Origin: a bacterium
GTDB taxonomy: Bacteria > UBP7 > UBA6624 > JBBIMK01
Assembly: GCA_037444445.1 (NCBI GenBank)
Contig: JBBIMK010000001.1
Location: forward strand, 90,001-122,000
Length of the DNA stretch: 32,000 nucleotides
Direction: 5' to 3'
Position numbers and translations under genes: made by a program. This document shows, piece by piece, positions 8,601 to 15,909 of the stretch. Numbering within the stretch: position 1 is the first letter of the stretch; every line of letters begins with the position of its first letter. Below the pieces are notes generated by a model. The model was not told the origin of the DNA. It searched no databases and worked only from the letters and a program-made list of their open reading frames with translations.

Positions 8601-9608
8601 ATGAGATGGCAAGACCATCTTTTACTTGAATTCTTGAAGTTGGGGGTGCCCTTCTACCGGGCGGGTTTAGGAATCAGAAAATTCCAGGCACGCCAAAAAA
8701 TTTACCGATTACCTGTCCCCGTTATCAGCGTGGGCAATCTCACGGTAGGAGGAACAGGAAAGACCTTAATGGTTTCGTTTATCGCACAATTTCTTCAGGG
8801 GATGCCTGGATACCGACCGGGCATCGTTTGCAGTGGATATAAAGGAAAAGTAACGGACCCCGAGAGGATAGGTTCGGTAGATGCACAGAAATTCGGTGAT
8901 GAAGCGGCTCTGCTTTACCAGATGTTTCCCTCTCAGGTTGCCGTGGGCAGAAAAAGAGAAAGAGCCGCTCAATTGCTAATAGAAAAAGGAGCCAATGTGA
9001 TTCTCCTGGATGATGGGTTTCAATATTGGAGCCTTCATCGGGATGTGGATATTTTGCTGTGGGATGCACTCTTGCCGATTCCTCACCGCCTTCTCCCTTC
9101 AGGACCATTAAGGGAACCCTTAAAAAACACGGATCGTGCCACCTTGATTTGTTTAACACGAACCAACTTGATTTCCAGAGAAGAATGTGAGAGGAAATGG
9201 AATTTCCTACGACGGCTAACGGGTGAAAAACCGATTTACCGCTTTACTATGAAAGTCACAAAGCCACTACCAGATGGACTGAAGCGAGTTCTGGCAGTTT
9301 GTGGAATTGCTAATCCACTATCCTTCATAAAAATCCTGGAAACTCTCTCTCTTTCATTCAAACTTCTCATCTTTCCAGACCACCATCCTTATTCATTCCT
9401 GGATGTCCAGCGGATGATTCACGAAGTTCAACAGGAAGGACTGAATGGAATTATCACCACAAGAAAAGATATGGTCAAACTTTCCAGGTTTTCATTTCCG
9501 TGTCTGATTTTTCCTCTGGAGGTAACTTTACAACCGGAGGGTTCTCATCTGGAGTTTGAGAAGGCACTACTGGCTCAGTTGTCATCTGCAACTTCTTCAA
9601 CCAGTTGA
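8601..9608 (+). CDS. lpxK: tetraacyldisaccharide 4'-kinase LpxK
   Basis: VISVGNLTVGGTGKT P-loop, DDGFQ motif and TTRKDMVKL near the C-terminus. The ATG at 8601 follows SD GAGGA. An upstream in-frame ATG at 8556 is the alternative start. Confidence 0.9.
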   Translation: MRWQDHLLLEFLKLGVPFYRAGLGIRKFQARQKIYRLPVPVISVGNLTVGGTGKTLMVSFIAQFLQGMPGYRPGIVCSGYKGKVTDPERIGSVDAQKFGDEAALLYQMFPSQVAVGRKRERAAQLLIEKGANVILLDDGFQYWSLHRDVDILLWDALLPIPHRLLPSGPLREPLKNTDRATLICLTRTNLISREECERKWNFLRRLTGEKPIYRFTMKVTKPLPDGLKRVLAVCGIANPLSFIKILETLSLSFKLLIFPDHHPYSFLDVQRMIHEVQQEGLNGIITTRKDMVKLSRFSFPCLIFPLEVTLQPEGSHLEFEKALLAQLSSATSSTS

Positions 9609-11127
9609 TGCGTTCTTGCAGTGAAGGATGGGTTTGTAAAGTATGTAAAAAGAGGGTTTTTTCTTCGGGGAGAAGAGAAGAAATCTTCTGTAAACTTTCA
9701 ATGAAGGTTCCATCGTAATACCGGAAAGCAAACTTATCGGCTTGCCTTTCAAAGTTCCTTGAGAGAGCGAAGAATAGATAGGCACCGATAAAGAAGAAGA
9801 GAAACACAAGAAATTCGTGATACTGATGGGGTGTAAACTCCAGTATCGTCAGAGCCACACTGACGAGAAAAATCATCGCAATTCCGAGAAGGAAAGGATG
9901 CCATTTTTTCCAGTGAGCGAGTTCATGAGCCACAACAGCTTTCACCTGTTCCGGGGTCAGGTTGTGCAATAGAGATTGACTGAAAAAGAGAAATCGGAAT
10001 GGTTTGAACCAGCCCACCACAAAAGCGTTGGGATGAGCACCGAAAAAACCAGCGTAAGAAAATAAATTCGGGAGAGGAAACTGGATTTTCTCCGCCGTTT
10101 CCCGAACCCGTTGAATCAACTCAATGTCTTGAATTCGCATTCCCCGAAAAAGAATCACGAATAAATAGGGTGAAAAGATGAATGCAACAACCCCTATGCC
10201 GATAAGCAAGGCCCATTTCCCGATTTCTGAGGGAATCCACAAAGACCCAATTAAATAAACCCATAGAGGGAGAATAATTAGAAAGTAAGTTCTGCACAGA
10301 GAATAAAGATAAACATGGAATAATAGAGATGGGTCACGCCACTTCTTCAACAGAAAATAGGCTGGAAAACGAATTCCCAGGAAAGCAAGAAATAATACCA
10401 CGCTCAAAAGTAATAATGAGAAATGGTCCAGATAAAATACAGCAAAATATTCCAGGTATTCACGGCTCATCAGATGGTAGGCAATGAAAAAGAGGAGACC
10501 CGTCCATACAAGAGTGATGCGATAATAAAAACCGAGGAGCGGATGCGTGGAGCGGCGTAAGAAAAATGCTGAGGCGAAAGAGAGGAAAGGAGGTAAAAGA
10601 AAGCCGAATAGTATGCGAAACACATACCGGGAAAAGGAAGGCACAGAAAAAGTAAAATCAATTTGAACGGGTTGGGAAAAGGTATACACCCGATAGGTCA
10701 TCTCTTCCGAAACAGGACCCCCTGCCACAGGAATCTCCGATGGAACTGGCTCCATCCTCACATCAATGGGTTTCTTCAGATTGACTTCCAGGGTGATAGA
10801 AGGCTGCCGGGTCCAGAAGTGGGGATGGAAAGAATACCTGCGAGGAAACTTTAGAAGATTCGCCGAACTTCTTTTGAGTTTGATTTCTGCAACCCACCCT
10901 TCTTGCCACGGGATAAAACGCAGGTAGTGGATGGGCCACCCTTCCTTTTTAGCCAGAGCCAGGAGTTCCTGACGGGCAGAGGAAGTGTTTGTCAGGTCCG
11001 GGCGGGCGTAGAGAAAGAACAAGCCCGTTTCATTGAATACGAAAGCCATAGATTCTTGATTCTGCCCATACCCTTGCGCCACCATCAGCAGAAGGAATGC
11101 GGTTAAAATAAAAAATCTTTTGCCCAT
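9475..11127 (-). CDS. M48-family (HtpX/Ste24-like) integral-membrane zinc metalloprotease with an N-terminal periplasmic domain
   Basis: Signal peptide MGKRFFILTAFLLLMVAQGYG, multiple TM segments, HELAH zinc motif (AHELAHWKKWH), downstream SRNFERQADKFA and C-terminal THPSLQERI. The 3' end overlaps lpxK by 134 nt. Confidence 0.85.
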   Translation of the reverse strand: MGKRFFILTAFLLLMVAQGYGQNQESMAFVFNETGLFFLYARPDLTNTSSARQELLALAKKEGWPIHYLRFIPWQEGWVAEIKLKRSSANLLKFPRRYSFHPHFWTRQPSITLEVNLKKPIDVRMEPVPSEIPVAGGPVSEEMTYRVYTFSQPVQIDFTFSVPSFSRYVFRILFGFLLPPFLSFASAFFLRRSTHPLLGFYYRITLVWTGLLFFIAYHLMSREYLEYFAVFYLDHFSLLLLSVVLFLAFLGIRFPAYFLLKKWRDPSLLFHVYLYSLCRTYFLIILPLWVYLIGSLWIPSEIGKWALLIGIGVVAFIFSPYLFVILFRGMRIQDIELIQRVRETAEKIQFPLPNLFSYAGFFGAHPNAFVVGWFKPFRFLFFSQSLLHNLTPEQVKAVVAHELAHWKKWHPFLLGIAMIFLVSVALTILEFTPHQYHEFLVFLFFFIGAYLFFALSRNFERQADKFAFRYYDGTFIESLQKISSLLPEEKTLFLHTLQTHPSLQERINWLKKLQMTTEPVVPSQTPDENPPVVKLPPEEKSDTEMKTWKV

Positions 11128-11147
11128 CTCTGCTATAATTGTAGAGG

Positions 11148-12041
11148 ATGAGAAGAAAAGAGAGAAACTACTTTTTGGCAGGATGCGTGTTTTTTCTTCT
11201 CCTCACGGTTGCCACTTCACCCGAGGAAATCCCACTGAAAGATGTGGAGGGCTTCAAATACCCTTTGAAAGTGGGAAACTATTCCACCTATGAAGGGAAA
11301 GGACTTTTTGAGTTTCGCCACCCTAATCTGATTGACACAATCCAGGCATCTTTAGAGGGTGAGGTTCGCCAGGCTATTGTAGGAGAGGAAGTGATTGAAG
11401 AAAATGGGAAGAACATCGTTTACTGGTGGCAGGAAATTTATGTGAAAATCCAGTTCTCCTCCAAAGAATGGGGAAGTTCCTCTGCCGGCGCAATTCTGAA
11501 GGTTTTGCTCCCTCGTGATGACCTTTTGAAGGGTGAAAGAATAACTCTGGGAGAAAATAGCCTGAAACCCCGCAAAATCATCCTGCAAATGAACACCGAT
11601 AAGCCGAAAGAACTGAAACCCGAGGAATTTGAAATCCTTAAGCAAAATCATCCCTCGCTTTTCCTTGCCATCGGTTTTCAATCCAACTGGTTGAAAAAGG
11701 TTAGCCAGGAAAAGGTTGAAACTCCGGCAGGCAAATTTGAGACTTACCGTTATTATGTCTCTCAAAAATTCAGTAGTCCGCCCACTGAAAATTCCCATTC
11801 AAATCCTACCGATTTTGCGAATGAGACCTCTGTGGTGGCAGATATTTGGGCATCCAATTCCATTCCTTTCGGCATCACCACCTGGAAATCAGATATGCAG
11901 GCAGTCAACTACCTTTACTCCACCACCAGCACAAAAAAAACAAAAATAGAGATGTCTTTCCGAATCCACTTGACTTTGCGAGAATATGGAGAGAACGCCG
12001 TAAGCCTCCTGAAAACGAAAGATGAAAAAGGCGAGTCGTAA
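11148..12041 (+). CDS. secreted hypothetical protein, paralogue A
   Basis: 297 aa. The N-terminal signal/anchor is MRRKERNYFLAGCVFFLLLTVA. It shares motifs with the next gene: VEGF[KQ]YPLK.GNY, KPEEF, G.[FY].T.RY.V, [IL]WA[ST]..IPFGI and YG..A.SL. Confidence 0.75.
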   Translation: MRRKERNYFLAGCVFFLLLTVATSPEEIPLKDVEGFKYPLKVGNYSTYEGKGLFEFRHPNLIDTIQASLEGEVRQAIVGEEVIEENGKNIVYWWQEIYVKIQFSSKEWGSSSAGAILKVLLPRDDLLKGERITLGENSLKPRKIILQMNTDKPKELKPEEFEILKQNHPSLFLAIGFQSNWLKKVSQEKVETPAGKFETYRYYVSQKFSSPPTENSHSNPTDFANETSVVADIWASNSIPFGITTWKSDMQAVNYLYSTTSTKKTKIEMSFRIHLTLREYGENAVSLLKTKDEKGES

Positions 12042-12825
12042 AGCACAGTGTTTCGGGTTAGTTCCCTGCGTGTTGATGGTGGCAATTCTTTGGTGGAACA
12101 AGGGAGTGGAGGGCTTTCAATATCCGTTAAAAACGGGAAATTATGCCCAATATAGCGTGAAAATTATACAAAATGGAAAAAGTCAGGAAAGTCATTTAAG
12201 AACTGCTTTGGTTTCTGAAGAGAAGAGGAATGGAAAAATCTATTACTGGATTGAACATGATATTTTTCCGCAGGGCGGGGGTGATATACAGAAAATGAAA
12301 GCCCTCATCCCGGCGGATAACTGGAGAGCATACCTGACAAACCCGGTGAAAAACCCGTTGAAGCCGGTAGAGGTTCATCTGGAAATCAGAGAGAAACAGG
12401 TGAAAAAACTCAAAAAGCCTGAAGAATTTCGTGATGTTGCCTCCAACTTTGGACCCGGGTTCATCGTTCTGAAAGATTTTGCCCAAGCAGTTAAAGAAAA
12501 ACCGAAAGAAAAAGTGAAGGTGAAAGTGAAAAGCGGGGAGTATTTAACCCAGCGGTATGAAGTGGTCATTCAAACAACGGAAGAATATGAAATGGATGGC
12601 ACAGGAACACGAAGGGTATCCACCCGGAATCAGGGTGACCTATGGGCTACCAGTGAAATCCCATTTGGAATCGTGAAAATTGCTTTGAATCGGGAAGAAA
12701 CCATCTCCTACCAGGTGGGGGAAGGGGTTCGAATTCTAACGCCACCAGAAATCAAAAAATACTCCCTGGAGATGGAACTGCTGACCTATGGCAACGATGC
12801 TACTTCTCTGTTCTCAAAAGAATAG
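12022..12825 (+). CDS. secreted hypothetical protein, paralogue B
   Basis: 267 aa with N-terminal hydrophobic anchor CFGLVPCVLMVAILWW. It shares the motif set of paralogue A. The start overlaps the upstream stop by 20 nt. Confidence 0.75.
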   Translation: MKKASRKAQCFGLVPCVLMVAILWWNKGVEGFQYPLKTGNYAQYSVKIIQNGKSQESHLRTALVSEEKRNGKIYYWIEHDIFPQGGGDIQKMKALIPADNWRAYLTNPVKNPLKPVEVHLEIREKQVKKLKKPEEFRDVASNFGPGFIVLKDFAQAVKEKPKEKVKVKVKSGEYLTQRYEVVIQTTEEYEMDGTGTRRVSTRNQGDLWATSEIPFGIVKIALNREETISYQVGEGVRILTPPEIKKYSLEMELLTYGNDATSLFSKE

Positions 12826-12946
12826 GTTTTAATCTTTCGGTAGCACGAAAATTCCTGCACCTCGGTAAATTTACCCTGCTCCACCTGGAATTATCGGGGC
12901 TTTCTAACCAGTCATCAGTGATGAACCTTTCAGTGGGTGGGAACCA

Positions 12947-14785
12947 TTAACGCAAGGGGCGAACGAGACGATAGACCAAAAGGGCAAATAGCAGGAAAGA
13001 GAGAAAGGCAACCGAATGCCCGGGAATATAGGGCTCAGCGGGTCCTCGAATCCCCCCGATAGCCAGGCCTGCCACAAGGACACCCGTTAGCGCATCGCCA
13101 GCGACGAGACCGGACCCCAGTAAGACCCCCCGCTCCTCACCTTTCGCAAGGTGGTAGATTATCCCGCCCAACAGGATGGGAACTGTTGTAGTGATGGGCA
13201 GGTAGAGCCCTACTGCAAAAGCAAGAGACGGAAGCCGAAGCAGGTCCACAATGATGGCTAACACTACACCGGTGAGAATAAAAACCCAGGGCAAATTAGC
13301 CTGGAAAATGCCTTTGATAACCAATGAAATGATGGTGGCCTGAGGGGCGGACAATGTTTCACTCCCCAGCCCATAACTTTGATGCAGTAAGAACAGGGTG
13401 ATGCTAATGGTTATCGTGGGCAAGATAAACCCCAGAAACTCACCTATCTGAAGCACCCATGGACGATTGCCTACCAACTGGCCGGTTTTTAGGTCCTGCG
13501 CCGCATCACCCGCCATAGAAGCGGCGATGCACACAATCACTCCCGCCGAAAGAGCCATTAGCATGCCTTCCGCTCCCCGATAACCCAGTAGCACAAGTAT
13601 CACTGAAATGACTACCAGAGAAGCAATGGTCATGCCAGAGATGGGATTAGATGAACTTCCCACAATCCCTGTCATTCTACCTGACACAGCTGAGAAAAGG
13701 AAGCCGAGGAGGATGGTGAGCAGAATCGTGACCCAGTTGTGGGGGAGAGGAGAGGCTAAAATTGCCAGCCCTGTAAGGACAATCAAGATTAGCACTAAGC
13801 CCAGAGGTAGGTCACCGGAAGCCGTTATTCGGAAGGAAATCCGCTGGAATTCTCTCATCATACCTCGTAGAACGGGCAAGATGGTGCGAAACAAAGTGAT
13901 AAAGCCTCCGGCGAGAACAGCTCCTGCGCCAATGTATCGGATATAACTACTCCAGATTTGAGGAGTGGTGAGTTCCGACATCAATTGAGTCGCTGGATAG
14001 ATAGGCACACCCACTCGGACACCATAATAGGAGATGAGGGGCATAAAAATGAACCAGCCTACAGCGCCGCCTGCGAAGACGATGAGGGCCGTTCTCAGTC
14101 CGATGATGTAGCCCACGCCGAGGAGGGCAGGGCTCAAGTCCATTGCCAGACGACTCCTGAAGGCACCCAGTGAAATATCACGCGCCACAGACTCCCGAAA
14201 TAAGGGAACAAGGCTTGTTCCCTCAGAGCCAGTGAAAAACTTATAAAGACCTCCCAGACCCAGCCCTCCAAAAACCCAGCGAGCGCGTGCTCCCCCTTCG
14301 TCCCCCGCTTTGAGAATTTCAGCACATGCCGTCCCTTCCGGGAACTTTAATTCCGCTGCTTCCTCTTCCACAAAAAACTTTCGCAGTGGAATAAGAAAGC
14401 ACACGCCCAGCATTCCTCCAAATAATGCGTAAAGAAAAATATAAAAATGGTTGAAAAATCTATTGAATTCCTGATATTCTCTGCCGATAAAGATGAAAGC
14501 AGGTATTGTAAAGATAATCCCTGCTGCAAGGGCTTCTCCAGAGGAGGCAATCGTTTGAACCACGCTATTTTCCAAAATCGTTCCACGCCGCAAGAGGCCC
14601 CGCAGAATTGCCATAGACATCACCGCGGCAGGAATAGAGGCTGAAATCGTCATCCCTACTCTCAGGCTCAGATAAGCATTGGCCACGCCAAACGCTACCG
14701 CCAGGAGTAAACCCAATAGCACGGTCCGAAGATTCATTTCCTCATACCACGCTGGCGATGAGGTCCCCTCACTTTTCAGTAACAT
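12947..14785 (-). CDS. OPT-family oligopeptide transporter
   Basis: Polytopic, Gly/Ala-rich membrane protein of about 612 aa with OPT-superfamily length and topology. The ATG at 14785 is preceded by GAGGAGG with 5-nt spacing. The TTG at 14842 that opens the ORF lies inside the predicted -35 box. Confidence 0.8.
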   Translation of the reverse strand: MLLKSEGTSSPAWYEEMNLRTVLLGLLLAVAFGVANAYLSLRVGMTISASIPAAVMSMAILRGLLRRGTILENSVVQTIASSGEALAAGIIFTIPAFIFIGREYQEFNRFFNHFYIFLYALFGGMLGVCFLIPLRKFFVEEEAAELKFPEGTACAEILKAGDEGGARARWVFGGLGLGGLYKFFTGSEGTSLVPLFRESVARDISLGAFRSRLAMDLSPALLGVGYIIGLRTALIVFAGGAVGWFIFMPLISYYGVRVGVPIYPATQLMSELTTPQIWSSYIRYIGAGAVLAGGFITLFRTILPVLRGMMREFQRISFRITASGDLPLGLVLILIVLTGLAILASPLPHNWVTILLTILLGFLFSAVSGRMTGIVGSSSNPISGMTIASLVVISVILVLLGYRGAEGMLMALSAGVIVCIAASMAGDAAQDLKTGQLVGNRPWVLQIGEFLGFILPTITISITLFLLHQSYGLGSETLSAPQATIISLVIKGIFQANLPWVFILTGVVLAIIVDLLRLPSLAFAVGLYLPITTTVPILLGGIIYHLAKGEERGVLLGSGLVAGDALTGVLVAGLAIGGIRGPAEPYIPGHSVAFLSFLLFALLVYRLVRPLR

Positions 14786-14813
14786 ATTCGCCTCCTCGTG
14801 TCCTTTATCATCT

Positions 14814-14842
14814 ATTGTATGGAAAATATGAAAGAGTTTCAA
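14814..14842 (-). promoter_or_regulatory. candidate sigma70-like promoter of the OPT transporter gene (TTGAAA, 17 nt spacer, TACAAT)
   Basis: On the minus strand, TTGAAA is the reverse complement of 14837-14842 and TACAAT is the reverse complement of 14814-14819, with a 17-nt spacer. It lies about 30 nt upstream of the SD and ATG at 14785. Confidence 0.4.
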
Positions 14843-14920
14843 CTGTGGGAATGACTAACCTGGTTACTGGTGAAGGATAGAAGGAAGACTTGCAACAACT
14901 CCAGAAGTTAGATGGCTGGC

Positions 14921-15886
14921 TCAAATAGGGAACTTGAATTCATGCAGTCGCTGGAGAAGGGCTGAGGAGAAATACTGGCCATCTGAAAACGAACAATTTT
15001 GCATCACTTGAGAAACTGAACTGGCGCCAAAAACTACTGTAGAAACGGCATCGGAAGATAAGCAAAACCTGAGGGCCACCTCCACATAACTTTTCATATC
15101 CTTCTCCAGCAAAGGCTTCAAGGCCTTCAAAGAGTGATGAACCTTCGCCAGGATTTCTTTTGACCACGCATTTCTCCAATCCTCACGAGGGAATCGACTT
15201 TTTGCGTGATATTTTCCCGTCAGCAACCCATATAAAAAGGGTGAGCGAGCAATTATACCTACTCCCGCTTTCTTCGCAAGCGGGAAAAACTCTACGCAAG
15301 GCTCCTGAGAGTAAAGATTAAATCTGACTTGCAGAACATCCACTGGATACCGGTTGATGATTTCAATTCCTTCCTCGGGCTTTTCTAAAGAAACTCCCCA
15401 GAAACGAATCCATCCCCTGGACCGGAAAGAAAGAAGTGTTTGAACAGCCTCCTCCAGGGATGCCCAGTATTGAGATGGTAAGAAGACAGCCTGGATGAGA
15501 TAGAAGTCAATGTAATCCGTATTCAAGCGTTTGAAACTACGAAAGAGGGCGGACTGCAAGTGGCTGGGGGAAATATCGCCTTCCCACCCGGTGACCCCAT
15601 CGGGGATGCCCCCCACCTTCGTGCAGATGAATACCTTTTCGCGATTCCCTTGAAAGGCTCTGGCAATGAGGCGTTCAGCCCGGCCGAGCCCATAAATATC
15701 AGAGGTATCTATGAAATTCACTCCAAGGTTATATGCCTGACGAAGAATGGCAATGGCTTCTTCCTCTTCTATGGGAGCATAACCAGACCAACTGCCGGCG
15801 AGAAGAAAGGAGCCACCCAGTTGCCAGGTGCCTATTCCGAGTTCAGATACCTGAACGCCGGTTTTCCCCAGAGAGCGATATTTCAT
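14921..15886 (-). CDS. aldo/keto reductase family protein (catalytic His position is Gln)
   Basis: N-terminus MKYRSLGKTGVQVSELGIGTWQLGG. FIDTSDIYG supplies Asp and Tyr, and ICTKVG supplies Lys. The usual LYxIH motif reads FYLIQ (Gln codon at 15491-15493). Confidence 0.85.
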   Translation of the reverse strand: MKYRSLGKTGVQVSELGIGTWQLGGSFLLAGSWSGYAPIEEEEAIAILRQAYNLGVNFIDTSDIYGLGRAERLIARAFQGNREKVFICTKVGGIPDGVTGWEGDISPSHLQSALFRSFKRLNTDYIDFYLIQAVFLPSQYWASLEEAVQTLLSFRSRGWIRFWGVSLEKPEEGIEIINRYPVDVLQVRFNLYSQEPCVEFFPLAKKAGVGIIARSPFLYGLLTGKYHAKSRFPREDWRNAWSKEILAKVHHSLKALKPLLEKDMKSYVEVALRFCLSSDAVSTVVFGASSVSQVMQNCSFSDGQYFSSALLQRLHEFKFPI

Positions 15887-15909
15887 TGGGATTCAGGATT
15901 TTCAGTAAA

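Noticed and set aside
12912-12924. 13-nt palindrome TCATCAGTGATGA in the convergent gap between paralogue B and the OPT gene
   Set aside because: It is a single occurrence downstream of both genes, with no second copy in the window. It is too short to tell from chance.
13608-14173. Plus-strand ORFs antisense to the OPT transporter
   Set aside because: Same reasoning: nested antisense artefacts with Arg/Pro-rich composition.
14786-14842. TTG-initiated extension of the OPT transporter ORF
   Set aside because: The internal ATG at 14785 has a GAGGAGG SD, and the TTG coincides with the predicted -35 hexamer.
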